Of a DNA stretch of 64,000 nucleotides, positions 1-10,199 are shown one piece after another. The stretch comes from Synechococcales cyanobacterium VAR_4_metabat_354 (GTDB lineage Bacteria > Cyanobacteriota > Cyanobacteriia > Cyanobacteriales > Chamaesiphonaceae), in assembly GCA_031414775.1 (NCBI GenBank), contig JANOQI010000026.1:1-64000 (forward strand), read 5' to 3'. The notes beneath the pieces were generated by a model. That model saw nothing but the letters and a program-made list of their open reading frames with translations. It made no database searches and had not been told where the DNA came from. Made by a program: the position numbers and the translations under genes. Position 1 is the stretch's first letter. Every line of letters starts with the position of its first letter.

Positions 1-225
1 GCTCAATATCGCCAAACTAGACCAACTACCGGAACAGTCTGAAGATGATTCAGAACCTTTGTCTTTTTCCATGGCAACCTACAAGCGACAAGCACTCAAT
101 CGTCATTTACTTGAGCGATTTATTTCCATGTTAGACCTTGACCTGACTTTGATTAAATCCCATCCCAACTACGCCAGTCTTCTTCAGTACGGTTCTTTGA
201 CACCATAAATCTGTCCGGACTATTG
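1..225 (+). mobile_element. 3' end of an IS (DDE transposase C-terminus to TAA at 208, then probable terminal IR)
   Basis: Frame 2 reads LNIAKLDQ...FSMATYKRQALNRHLLERFISMLDLDLTLIKSHPNY..., like cyanobacterial IS4-superfamily transposase tails. CTGTCCGGACTATTG (211-225) follows the stop. Truncated by the window edge. Confidence 0.65.
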
Positions 226-487
226 CTAATCACAATATGTTTTATATCTATCGGCAAGCTCTGCCTGACTAAGGAGATTCTATAACTAGAAAGATCGATA
301 TTGTCTCAAAAGAGAACCCAGCTCACGCCGATCGATCTCAACAAGAATCCAAAAAACCGCCGAGTCTCGGCCTACCGCCTCTAGGGATATATTTAGATTT
401 ATTGTGTCGAGCGATCAATTCTACCGAAGCGGCTTTAGATGCCAGCGTCGCTAGCCTGCAAGATATTCAACGTAACTGGAACTAGTT

Positions 488-691
488 ATGAACGACCAAT
501 TTAGAATTCCCGATCCTGAAACTAGAGCAAAGTCGATCGCTAATCTGAAAGCAGCTAGCCGACTATTGGATTTATTTAATTTAGAGCTAGACGAAGCGAT
601 CGCCTTTGTCGAAAAAGATTTGCGCGCACAAAAACGAGCTAGGTTGCTGCATGGAGCTAACTCGATGCCAACCAGCAAGACCGAGAGCTAG
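488..691 (+). CDS. small hypothetical protein (67 aa, helical)
   Basis: ATG ORF with protein-like composition; no recognised motif. Confidence 0.5.
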   Translation: MNDQFRIPDPETRAKSIANLKAASRLLDLFNLELDEAIAFVEKDLRAQKRARLLHGANSMPTSKTES

Positions 692-755
692 TTTTCGGAT
701 CACCTAATTAGTCGATCGAGACCCGTCGAAAGTAGGGTCGCAGTTCCCAAATTTA

Positions 756-1019
756 CTAATCATAATGATATCGACATGAAATAATAGTTAGATATTCATC
801 TTCCATAGCGTAAATCAAACGATTTGTATCATCAATTCGTCGTGACCAAAATCCAGCTAAATTTTCCCGCAACGGTTCCGGCTTACCGATCCCCTCAAAC
901 GGATCACGCATCGTTCCTTCTATCAGCTTGTTGATTCTTTTCAGCGTCTTTTTATCCTGCCCTTGCCAATAAATATAATCATTCCAAGCGACCTCTGTCC
1001 AAGCCAGCCTTCTAGACAT
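756..1019 (-). CDS. yoeB: Txe/YoeB family toxin
   Basis: AWNDYIYWQ..DKKTLKRINKLI..PFEGIGKPEPL..WSRRID..RLIY..CRYHY is the typical YoeB pattern. Confidence 0.93.
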   Translation of the reverse strand: MSRRLAWTEVAWNDYIYWQGQDKKTLKRINKLIEGTMRDPFEGIGKPEPLRENLAGFWSRRIDDTNRLIYAMEDEYLTIISCRYHYD

Positions 1020-1242
1020 CTAGCAAATCCCGCTCCACTGCTTTCCCTGCTCTAAATTGAGCGATCGATCCATCTAAATGAGCGGCATTAGCCGGAGATT
1101 TTAATAAATGAACTGTTTCCATTAAGACTCTAACGACATTACCACTACGTCATCAGCATCGCGTCTAGTCGGCATTTTTCACGACTTGATCGAGAACTGT
1201 TTTGAGGTTACTTCTAGCTTCACTGAAGGACACAACTTTCAT
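1012..1242 (-). pseudogene. yefM: YefM/Phd antitoxin, disrupted by deletions and a premature stop
   Basis: MKVVSFSEARSNLKTVLDQVVKNAD* is followed by fragments ..DDVVVMSLE.. and METVHLLKSPANAAHLDGSIAQFRAGKAVERDLLDV*, which overlaps the yoeB start. Confidence 0.85.
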
Positions 1243-1428
1243 AGCTTTCATATCTGTACTGCATATCGTAAATAGCATTACGAAAGATCGATCAACTACT
1301 ATAGAACGAGAAAACATCGCAGAAAGTAGAATTTCAGGGGTGCATGTCATTTTATAGAGAGAAAAAAAGATTATCCCTATTCTCTTGATGAAGCTTTGTT
1401 AGATAATCATAATTTCCGATCGATCGCG

Positions 1429-1650
1429 TCAATCTCCAATATTCCGACAGAGTTGCTGTGGTAACTGAGCAAGAACCCGCTGAAACGGCGCCAAATCTCT
1501 TAACCCATGACACAAAATCAACGCACCTTGAATAGCAATAATGGCATCCTCACCTCGCTGCCGAGCCAAAGCTTGCTCCAAACCAGCCGTAATTAGTACT
1601 TCCGCGATCGCCTCAATCCAACGCCTAAACGCCCCACTAATTTCGCGATC
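1429..1650 (-). pseudogene. C-terminal remnant of a TetR-family regulator
   Basis: Reads ..AFRRWIEAIAEVLITAGLEQALARQRGEDAIIAIQGALIL..PFQRVLAQLPQQLC..; no start or HTH upstream. Confidence 0.6.
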
Positions 1651-1706
1651 CAGAACGGGTGGCCTTAGTCTAAACTCCAGATTTTAGCCACTGCAAAATT
1701 GTCTAC

Positions 1707-1745
1707 AAAAAAGCCGACAGAGGTGATATTTACCTCTATCGACTT
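1707..1745 (-). terminator. intrinsic terminator
   Basis: Minus strand GTCGATAGAGGT-loop-ACCTCTGTCGGC followed by T6. Confidence 0.7.
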
Positions 1746-2129
1746 CATTTCTTAATAATAACTCAGTTATTTCCTACCCCTGACCGCTCTGTTGGGAAGG
1801 TGAATTCCCCATAAGTAGAAATTAAGCAAAGGAAGCGATAGAAACTCCGCACTAACTGAATATTAGGTGGATTAACAGTTGTAATTCAGATGATCTTCTT
1901 ACTGCTGGCTATTTCCGGCACTGTCTGCCCTTCTACCATCGCTCTCCTATGATGGGCAATACTAGGTCACAGCGACATAACCCCTGTCCAGTACATATCT
2001 TGTAATTAATAAGGAAAATAGCTCATTTAACGACAGGAACCTAGCACTTTAGAAACGCTACTTGTTCCATATCTCAATCATGATTGATTGCAAAGAAAAG
2101 GGTTAGTTATAGTAAAAAAAGTTAACGAT

Positions 2130-2822
2130 TCAACCCTCCAGCTCGCGACGTTCCTGCTGATTTTGATTGAATTGCTTTTGCTCGGCGGTTAATAGCTGTG
2201 AATCATGGGTAGATCGCATATCCCACTGCACCTCGGCTAGCAAAAACAGACTGCCAGCGGTGATGAGTCCGGTGAAGAGAAACTGCCAGGTGGGGACATG
2301 GGGTAAAAGAGCTAACACCACCACATGTAGTAAACCGCTTAACAAAAATGCTCGTGATCGAAGTCCCCAAGCTGTTATCAAATATCCGATCGCACTCAGC
2401 CCTAGCCATAAAAAACAAAGATGCGGTAGGATTGCCCAACCGCCGCCAAAAATACCCCAATTGGTGATAACTACGCCACTGACCATCAGTCCCACCCAGG
2501 CATATACCACCCAGCGGAGGCGCTCCACTGTCACCCAGTACCAAGCTAGACGACAAGTACCCCAAGAGCCAATCAAAGTCAAGACAGACCAGATAACTGC
2601 TTGATATGTCCAGCTGATGGGCAAAAACTGTGCTGTCAAAAAGATGATTGCAGTAATACTGCCCCATAGAATAAAAACTTGATCAATACGGGTATAAAAG
2701 CTAGAAAATAGTTTTAAGTCTTTGATTTGAATGTGAATATGCAGAAGTCCAGCGAGGTCTTGTACATCTAAAGCGTGTTGTTTCCGGCGGATAATGGGTT
2801 GGGTAGAGCTAAAAGCAGTCAT
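2130..2822 (-). CDS. hypothetical multi-pass membrane protein
   Basis: About 6 hydrophobic Trp/Gly-rich segments. Confidence 0.75.
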   Translation of the reverse strand: MTAFSSTQPIIRRKQHALDVQDLAGLLHIHIQIKDLKLFSSFYTRIDQVFILWGSITAIIFLTAQFLPISWTYQAVIWSVLTLIGSWGTCRLAWYWVTVERLRWVVYAWVGLMVSGVVITNWGIFGGGWAILPHLCFLWLGLSAIGYLITAWGLRSRAFLLSGLLHVVVLALLPHVPTWQFLFTGLITAGSLFLLAEVQWDMRSTHDSQLLTAEQKQFNQNQQERRELEG

Positions 2823-3146
2823 GCTGGGGGGCTTAGTGAGTATTTTACTGGCCTAGCTATAATCTAACAGTCTTAGTGAATTTTAACAAATCTACACAAT
2901 AGCACTAACATACCCACAGTTTACCTTGCTCGCTAGGCTAATAATGAATCTTACTTATTAAGATTTACCAGAATTTTATAACTTTAAAAAAAGAAAAATA
3001 TATCGTATAGATACTAGCCAATTGAGCAGAGTGATCAACCGACCTGATCAAATGGGGGACTTACTTCCAACTAATTACAGCAAGTTTCACTTGACTAGAT
3101 AAACTCAGCTATGCTGATTTGAGTATCAAGGAGGGAAAGTAATTTT

Positions 3147-3380
3147 ATGACTATGAAAAGTGTTGTCGATTTTTTTGCAGTAGTTAAAGAAGACAAACTT
3201 TTGCAAAGAAGAACTCAGGTGGCTATGGATATCAATACTCTGATCAAAATCGCTGAAGAGTATAGTTGTAAGTTCACAGCCTCGGAGTTACAGGCTTTCT
3301 TGGGTAAAATGCCTGAAAAGGATTTAATTTCTGTGGTAAATCCAGGCATTGGCAATCGATTACATATGAATCCTCGGTAG
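3147..3380 (+). CDS. Nif11-like leader peptide family protein
   Basis: S..V..FF..VKED..LQ..IAEEY..FTASEL Nif11 pattern; GGAGG RBS upstream. Confidence 0.75.
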   Translation: MTMKSVVDFFAVVKEDKLLQRRTQVAMDINTLIKIAEEYSCKFTASELQAFLGKMPEKDLISVVNPGIGNRLHMNPR

Positions 3381-3411
3381 TATCCTATTGATTCAGTGAC
3401 CGACATAGCTG

Positions 3412-5082
3412 ATGATTAAAGCTGAAAGTTTTTGGTCAACAGCTATGATCGATTCGCTCCTACAGAACTTTAATACCATTGGCGATCGAAAGCAGCTCGC
3501 CCCGGTTTTGGCGGCGATCGATATTGGCACTAATTCAATTCATACCGTCATCGTGCAGATCAAGCCAGATTTACCAGCTTTTAGTATTGTTGGCCGAGAA
3601 AAAGACACAGTGCGATTGGGTGATCGAGATAAAGCCACCGGCAACTTAACGGAAGATGCCATGGTGAGATCGATCGAAGCCTTACATCGTCATCAAGAAA
3701 TGGCCAAAAGCCTCGGAGCTACTCAAATCATTGCCGTGGCTACCAGTGCCACCCGCGAAGCTCCCAATGGTCGAGCATTTATCGATCGAATTGATGCTGA
3801 ACTGGGACTCAAGGTTGATCTAATTTCTGGGCAAGAGGAAGCCCGGCGCATCTATCTCGGCGTTTTATCTGGAATTGAATTTAACAATATACCCCGGATC
3901 ATGATTGATATTGGGGGTGGTTCTACTGAACTAATTTTTGGCGATAGTGAAGAACCCCGCACCCTCAGCAGTACCAAAATAGGTGCCGTGCGCCTCAGTG
4001 TAGAGTTGATTAAAACCGATCCGATTAATGATGCAGAGTTTACTTATCTACAAGCCTATGTGCGTGGTCAGCTAGAAAGACCGATCGACGATATCAAGTC
4101 TCAGATTCAAGCTGGTGAAAAACCCCAGATGGTTGGTACTTCCGGTACGATCGAAACAGTAGCAATGATTATTGCCAGAGAAAAAACTGGTTCATTACCC
4201 AGTCGGTTGCATGGTTTTCAGCTGAATCTCAAAGATGTCAAGACCTTAATTCAAAAGTTACGCCGACTGAATAATAACGATCGAGCACAACTGGCCGGCA
4301 TGTCCGAACGCCGTGCCGAAATCATTATTCCAGGGGCAGTGGTACTGCAAGAAGCCATGCTGATGCTAGGGATGGAATCGCTGACTTTTTGCGAGCGCAG
4401 TTTGCGCGAAGGAGTAATTGTAGATTGGATGCTCACGCATGGCCTCATCGAAGACAGGTTGCGCTACCAAAGTTCCATTAAAGAGCGCAGCACTCTCAAA
4501 ATTGCCGATAAGTACGGAGTAGACCTGGTACATTCTCAACAGGTCGCCAAATTTGCGGTGGAAATCTTTGATTATATGCAAACAGTTCACCTCCATAATT
4601 TAGATGAAAATGCCAGACGTTATTTGTGGAGCGCCGCCGTCTTACACAACAGTGGTCATTTTGTGAGTCATTCTTCTCACCATAAGCATTCCTATTATCT
4701 CATTCGCTATGGCGAGCTATTGGGGTACAACGAGTTAGAGATTGAGATTATTGCCAACATTGCTCGTTACCACCGTAAAACCACCCCCAAGAAAAAACAT
4801 GATACTTATCAGAATCTACCCAAGTCCCACCGACTGATGATTTCTCAATTAGGAGCAATTGTGCGGGTGGCGATCGCTTTAGATCGTAGAATGATCGGAG
4901 CAGTCGATCGGATTAGCTGTGGTTTCCATCTCCCCAACCGTCAATTTCAGATAGTTTTCCAACCTAGCCAGCTAGGAGATGATTGTTCATTAGAAAAATG
5001 GAGCTTAAATTTCAAGAAATCTTGGTTTGAAACAGAGTTCAATGTCAAACTAATTGCACAATTGGGAGTCTGGGAACCGTAG
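3412..5082 (+). CDS. ppx: Ppx/GppA exopolyphosphatase (start may be 3445)
   Basis: AAIDIGTNS, ATSATREA, DIGGGSTE motifs and HD-like C-terminal domain. Confidence 0.92.
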   Translation: MIKAESFWSTAMIDSLLQNFNTIGDRKQLAPVLAAIDIGTNSIHTVIVQIKPDLPAFSIVGREKDTVRLGDRDKATGNLTEDAMVRSIEALHRHQEMAKSLGATQIIAVATSATREAPNGRAFIDRIDAELGLKVDLISGQEEARRIYLGVLSGIEFNNIPRIMIDIGGGSTELIFGDSEEPRTLSSTKIGAVRLSVELIKTDPINDAEFTYLQAYVRGQLERPIDDIKSQIQAGEKPQMVGTSGTIETVAMIIAREKTGSLPSRLHGFQLNLKDVKTLIQKLRRLNNNDRAQLAGMSERRAEIIIPGAVVLQEAMLMLGMESLTFCERSLREGVIVDWMLTHGLIEDRLRYQSSIKERSTLKIADKYGVDLVHSQQVAKFAVEIFDYMQTVHLHNLDENARRYLWSAAVLHNSGHFVSHSSHHKHSYYLIRYGELLGYNELEIEIIANIARYHRKTTPKKKHDTYQNLPKSHRLMISQLGAIVRVAIALDRRMIGAVDRISCGFHLPNRQFQIVFQPSQLGDDCSLEKWSLNFKKSWFETEFNVKLIAQLGVWEP

Positions 5083-5118
5083 AATGGCAAAAATATACTA
5101 TTAAGCATTAGCTCAAAT

Positions 5119-6120
5119 TTATTCAGTTAGACGAACTACACGAGGAAGCCGTAGAGTGAAAGTTGACCCCTGACCATACTCACTCACCACAGTGACTTCA
5201 CCACCCATCATCGTGGCAAACTCTTTAGTAATTGCCAGTCCTAAACCGGTGCCACCATATTTACGAGTAGTAGAATTATCCGCCTGCGAAAATGGTTCAA
5301 AGAGCTTAGCAATTTGTTCTGACTTAATGCCAATGCCAGTATCACAAATTTGGAAGCGAATGAAGCTGCTAGTAGTCTTACAACTATTAATTTGAGGCAG
5401 GGACTCTTGAGTAATATTGAAGTATATTTGACCACCATTGGTGAATTTACTAGCGTTGCTAACTAAATTGAATAAACTTTGACGAACCTTAGTCCAATCA
5501 CTATGCATATCTCCTATATCATTTGGACAATTTATAATTAACTGATTATTGTTCTTATCACATACCGGTTTAACTGTATCCGATATTCCTTGAGCGAGTT
5601 CATTAATATTAAAAGATTCTAGATATAAGTTCATCTTACCAGATTCAATTTTCGACAAATCTAAAACATCATTAATCAGATTTAAAAGATGTTTACCAGC
5701 ACTCCGAATTTTATTTAAATCTTCCACCGTTTGCCATTGGTCAATATGTTGAATATCTTCAACTAAAATTTCACTATAGCCAATAATGGCATTAAGAGGG
5801 GTACGTAATTCATGACTCATGTTAGCTAAAAAATCGCTTTTAGTCCGATTGGCAGCCTCAGCAACTTGTTGCGATTGCTTGGTAGTTAAATGCATTTCTT
5901 GCAAATGAGCAAGGGCACTTTCTAATTCTTTACTTTTTAGTTGAACAGATTGTTGTGACTCTTCAAAATCACGAATAATTTTTATCAAAAACAAGGATTT
6001 TGTTTCATTAGCAGCTTCTAGCTGAACACGATTAGTTTCAGATCTTTCTAGCTTTTTTTGAATGATTCGGTAAGCCTTCTTAATTTCTTCATTTTCTAAA
6101 ACTAAATCGATTTGTGACAT
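5119..6120 (-). CDS. sensor-less histidine kinase (coiled coil + HisKA + HATPase)
   Basis: [15 protein letters not shown]-box, [22 protein letters not shown]. Confidence 0.92.
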   Translation of the reverse strand: MSQIDLVLENEEIKKAYRIIQKKLERSETNRVQLEAANETKSLFLIKIIRDFEESQQSVQLKSKELESALAHLQEMHLTTKQSQQVAEAANRTKSDFLANMSHELRTPLNAIIGYSEILVEDIQHIDQWQTVEDLNKIRSAGKHLLNLINDVLDLSKIESGKMNLYLESFNINELAQGISDTVKPVCDKNNNQLIINCPNDIGDMHSDWTKVRQSLFNLVSNASKFTNGGQIYFNITQESLPQINSCKTTSSFIRFQICDTGIGIKSEQIAKLFEPFSQADNSTTRKYGGTGLGLAITKEFATMMGGEVTVVSEYGQGSTFTLRLPRVVRLTE

Positions 6121-6127
6121 ATTACTT

Positions 6128-7297
6128 CTACACTTCGCCTAATAGTAATGTGATGAATGTTTGGTTATGAAATTGAGATTGTTCTGCTCTTTGCAAAGGA
6201 GAAACTTCACCATAAGAGTAAAATCCACAGCAAGGTATGTTGCTAGGTAAGTGCGTTTTGAATATTTCATATTCTTCTTTCGCCCTAGTACCTAAAAGCA
6301 TCCGTCGTGCTGCGCAAGATATTAAGAAGGCAGCAGCTGGAGAATGACTAGGATAGTCGCTAATCGCTCGTTCCAGAGATATAGTGGTGGCATTTAAAAT
6401 ATCTTCTCGTGAGATCTGCGTCATTTGGATGGTAGCGTTAAGTGGAATGCTAGACATAAAAGTAACACTACCCATTTGTTCATCATGAATACCTGGTGAT
6501 GTGAGGTAAAAATCAGTCGAATCATCCGTAAAAATCGCTAGTGGATAACTGATATATTCGTGATTGCAGCCAGCTTCCCCTAGATGTTGCTGATAAAACT
6601 TCAATGCACTTTTTCCATCAATTTCATACACAGCACACCCGTCTACTTTCGTTACCTTACTTTGCTTGCCGATCGGTTTCCAACCGCTAGCAGTACCATG
6701 TGAATAACAAATATTGCCAAAAAAGAGCAGAATTGGAATGGCATCAGAGGTGACTTCTCCCTGAAAAAACTGATAGCTCTGTTGAACAGCTAAATTGTCA
6801 GCGGAGGTGCCACCAAAGATCGGAACCTGCTTTCCGAGGCAATGCTGTAAAGTTCGAATGATCGAAACTCCATCAATACCTATTCCTTCAGGAAATGTTA
6901 AACAAAGTTGTGGAGATGCCAACAGCCCAAAAGTTGCGGTGGTGATCGCTTCTTGCACGGCGGCCTCAATATTTTGGGAAACTCCTCGACCAAGACCGGC
7001 TCGAATTTCAATTTGGTCAGAGCAAAACAACATCAGAATCAAGGAATCTTCCTGAAATCCTAACACGGATGACATTTCTCCATTAGTAGTACAGCCAACT
7101 AGTTCAATGTTCGGAAATGTTTCCTGAATTTGTCCCAAAATAAGTTCATGGTTAAAGTCGATCGCAACGAATAGAATACCAGCTTGAGGTTTTTCTCCAG
7201 CTAAGCCCTGCAAGCACTGCTGTAATACTTCTTCAATCGCTGATCTAGAATCTGGATCTTCGCTATGACCAATATGTGCTTTAAACATCAACTTCAC
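6128..7297 (-). CDS. FIST N/C domain signal protein (NosP-like)
   Basis: GCTTNGE, FGGTSAD, GWKPIG, SCAARR, GFYSYGE FIST motifs. Confidence 0.88.
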   Translation of the reverse strand: MKLMFKAHIGHSEDPDSRSAIEEVLQQCLQGLAGEKPQAGILFVAIDFNHELILGQIQETFPNIELVGCTTNGEMSSVLGFQEDSLILMLFCSDQIEIRAGLGRGVSQNIEAAVQEAITTATFGLLASPQLCLTFPEGIGIDGVSIIRTLQHCLGKQVPIFGGTSADNLAVQQSYQFFQGEVTSDAIPILLFFGNICYSHGTASGWKPIGKQSKVTKVDGCAVYEIDGKSALKFYQQHLGEAGCNHEYISYPLAIFTDDSTDFYLTSPGIHDEQMGSVTFMSSIPLNATIQMTQISREDILNATTISLERAISDYPSHSPAAAFLISCAARRMLLGTRAKEEYEIFKTHLPSNIPCCGFYSYGEVSPLQRAEQSQFHNQTFITLLLGEV

Positions 7298-7769
7298 CGC
7301 AGAATTTGGATATTACTTAGTTTCAAAAATTTTGAGATGTTGAAGTGCTCTTTGTACATAAAGTTCTCCATGGCATTAATATCTAGGATAATCAGGGCTG
7401 GAAGACTGAAGAATAGTTGAGTTTTCACTTCAATCGACATAGTGACGAAAAAAAGTTTTGTAGTTAAAATGTAGTCTATTAATTTCTTACTATTAGCTCA
7501 TCCAAATATTACGACAAAATGTTTCACTATCCAGTTTACCAGTCCGGAAACTTGCCCGTCACCAAATTTCTGCAATCTGTTTTCAGCCATCTTACTGATT
7601 ACATTTACAAAGAAGACTGAACCTAAAATCCAGCAGCTTTCATAGCTGCAGTAGCTGATTGCTATGTTGTAATATAAATAACTACAGAATTTCAGATATA
7701 GCAACAGCCAAGGCTGTTAGGACGTAAACTAGAGTAGATACCTCACTAGTACTTCAGCAATGTCAAAAC

Positions 7770-8148
7770 CCTGACTGCCGGACACATCTTTGTAAAAGTT
7801 AGTTAACAAGGGACGTAGCAATTAATTATCCTGATGAGGGAAAACTCAAAAGCATAGTCATATTCCTCTTTGGCCTTCTTAGAAGCAAAGCAGGGTTCTG
7901 GACTTTTGCTGAGAACACCTTGAAGATAACGCAGTCCTATCTTCAGATAACTGATACCCCGACGCTGATGAGGATCAACTTGTTTTCGCAGTCCAGCAAC
8001 CTGAACATTCATACCTTGGATAGTGCCATATAAAATAGCCAAATACCATTAGGTTTTGTCGTAAACTCCAGCTTCTCATAAACTTCTCCCTGATTTTCCA
8101 TCTTTGGCTCCAGTTCTAGTTTTGAACTAATTGTGTCCGGCAGTCAGG
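7770..8148 (-). mobile_element. internally deleted IS4-family element (MITE-like, 379 bp)
   Basis: Perfect 17-bp terminal IRs CCTGACTGCCGGACACA (7770-7786 and 8132-8148) enclose a transposase C-terminal fragment (..GLRKQVDPHQRRGISYLKIGLRYL..). Confidence 0.85.
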
Positions 8149-8316
8149 TGGCGTTCTTAAACCTGCGATAGCCGTATCATAGGTTTCACTAAAGTAGTAG
8201 TCACAATTTCAGCAATGGTGAATCGTTCGTGTCCCTTGATGTTGGGTGAGATAGTTGCTATGAGGGTGGATATTGTTACCACCACAGAATGGGCAAGAAT
8301 ATGAAAATAAATCCAT
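8149..8316 (-). pseudogene. IS1-family (InsA-like Zn-finger) transposase N-terminal remnant
   Basis: MDLFSYSCPFCGGNNIHPHSNY...HHC*NCDYYFSETYDTAIAGLRTP is cut exactly at the IS4 IR. Confidence 0.6.
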
Positions 8317-8667
8317 TAAGGTCTCGAAGAAAGAATCACAGAACAAAATAATTTACCGCTATGATGCATCAATGGCAAGACTTTAAGCTCTCCTGCTCAA
8401 CGGAACCAGTCCCTGAAACACCACTTTATTCTAACTAAGCGCCTCAAGGCAATATTAATAGCTAGCTTAGTCCGGGAATTTTTCAGTGAGCCAATTTTTT
8501 CTGCTGGCTTTAAAATTTGCTGTTTATATCGATGCGTTTGCCCTGTTTTTAATATCGACTCCATCTCATCATGATGGCAGCAAAATTCAGCTAATTTGCG
8601 CTGGAGCGTAAGTCCTAATTAGTTCAAAATAGTCTTTATCAATAATAAGTTCAAAAGTTAGTTAAAA

Positions 8668-9105
8668 ATGATGAAAGATTTAGACCAAAAACAAACGATC
8701 GATACCCTGCGGAGCATTATGGAATTCGAGTTAGCTGGTGTAGTTCGCTATACTCACTATGCTTTGATGGTGACTGGACCTAACCGCATTCCGATCGTAG
8801 ATTTTTTCAAAGCACAGGCTAATGAGTCTTTACTACATGCTCAACAAGTTGGCGAAATCTTGACCGGTTTGGAAGGACATCCTTCCTTGAAAATTACGCC
8901 GATGGAAGAAACCTACAAACACACTGTCAAAGACATTTTGACAGAAAGCCTATCTCATGAAACGAAGGCACTCAAGCTCTATAAAGACTTGTTGGATACT
9001 GTTGAAGATGCCAGTGTCTACCTGGAAGAATTTGCTAGGACTATGATTGGGACAGAGGAACTACACACAATCGAGATCAAAAAAATGCTACGAGACTTTA
9101 GTTAA
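8668..9105 (+). CDS. bacterioferritin/ferritin-like protein
   Basis: ELAGVVRYTHY, ESLLHA, E..H di-iron ligand pattern. Confidence 0.85.
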   Translation: MMKDLDQKQTIDTLRSIMEFELAGVVRYTHYALMVTGPNRIPIVDFFKAQANESLLHAQQVGEILTGLEGHPSLKITPMEETYKHTVKDILTESLSHETKALKLYKDLLDTVEDASVYLEEFARTMIGTEELHTIEIKKMLRDFS

Positions 9106-9151
9106 CCACCCTAACCCCGGGTGAATATTCCGATATTGGGAGTGACAACCC

Positions 9152-9682
9152 TCAGCTAGCTAGCATTGGTTTAAGTAATTGAGTCACTTTAGGTAATGAA
9201 GCATTATGACAAATGATCCCTGATGGCTTTAGCCGCACGTTAGGGGCATGTTTGCATTCCTTAAGGCAACCGACTTTTTCGATAAATACCACGTCTTGTA
9301 AGTCCCGCTCTTGAATCATTACTTGTAACGCCTCGCAGATCTTGCCACTGCCACGCTTATGGCAAGATCCTTTGCTACACACCTGAATCTTGATAGAGGG
9401 AATATAGTTTTTAGTCTCATCTTGTCGATAGTCATCAATCACAGTTAAGACACTGACAACTTTGAGATGATGATGACCAGTTTTAACTTGTAGTTTTAGG
9501 TAAGTACTCGATTTCAGTAGTCGCTCTAGTATTGGTCGGAGCGTCTTGGGGACTTTGATTTCCTGAATTCGATCGGCTTGGCCGCAAGCGGAGCGATCGG
9601 ATGTTTTTATTTGTAATCGTTTAAGCTCTCCAGTTCGCGAGAATTGCCCGCCGACGAAAGACCCTTCAATAATTATAAGCAT
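9152..9682 (-). CDS. thioredoxin-like (2Fe-2S) ferredoxin domain protein
   Basis: C-terminal VCSKGSCHKRGS...VGCLKECKHAPNV. Confidence 0.8.
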   Translation of the reverse strand: MLIIIEGSFVGGQFSRTGELKRLQIKTSDRSACGQADRIQEIKVPKTLRPILERLLKSSTYLKLQVKTGHHHLKVVSVLTVIDDYRQDETKNYIPSIKIQVCSKGSCHKRGSGKICEALQVMIQERDLQDVVFIEKVGCLKECKHAPNVRLKPSGIICHNASLPKVTQLLKPMLAS

Positions 9683-9825
9683 TGATATTGATGTCGCAAT
9701 AGTTAATCTATATTCTAGCAGTTATTAAAATAAATTCTCAATTTGCTGGCAGACCAGATTTTCATGCAGGCTGAAACTGTTGATTTTGCTTGCATTCAGG
9801 CTTTTGTTACTTGTGATGCTAAACT

Positions 9826-9869
9826 TTTTGAATAATCTTATTGACATATAATTTCAATAGCTGTAGAGT
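9826..9869 (+). promoter_or_regulatory. sigma70-type promoter overlapped by a Fur-box-like AT-rich motif
   Basis: TTGACA (9841-9846), 17-bp spacer, TAGAGT (9864-9869); TTGAATAATCTTATTGA overlaps the -35. Confidence 0.55.
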
Positions 9870-9875
9870 GAGTAC

Positions 9876-10016
9876 ATAGATTACCAGTTGAAAAGTTTTG
9901 TGAATGTTTAGTTCTTAAACTACTTCAGATTTTTCTTATGAGTCTGGTGTTCTCCTCTCTAACATTTGATCAAATATTTGGGTTAGGTAAGTCTCGCTTA
10001 CCTGCCCATGTTTTTT
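9876..10016 (+). ncRNA. IsaR1-like iron-stress sRNA candidate (5' end uncertain)
   Basis: GTGTTCTCCTCTC (9947-9959) matches the IsaR1 5' seed as I recall it; followed by terminator TGGGTTAGGTAAG/CTTACCTGCCCA-T6; lies in an iron locus. Confidence 0.6.
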
Positions 10017-10199
10017 ATGATTAATGTCATCGGCCGGCAATGCCTTTTTGGTAGTTGAAGAATGTTTTAGTCCACATCGATATTGCAAAAGATTACTATT
10101 TGGGAATATAATCTGCTTGATTGAGCAATATACTGACTAACTTAATGGCTATGTATTAAGTCCTAATTAACTTTCTTCTATAAAATTCACACATCAAAC

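Noticed and set aside
1165..1350. 61-aa ORF as an intact gene
   Set aside because: Only its last 25 codons are the yefM start; the rest is upstream sequence
2167..2667. ORFs 2167-2604(+) and 2203-2667(-), and the many similar short overlapping ORFs in the track
   Set aside because: Antisense or alternate-frame shadows of well-supported genes
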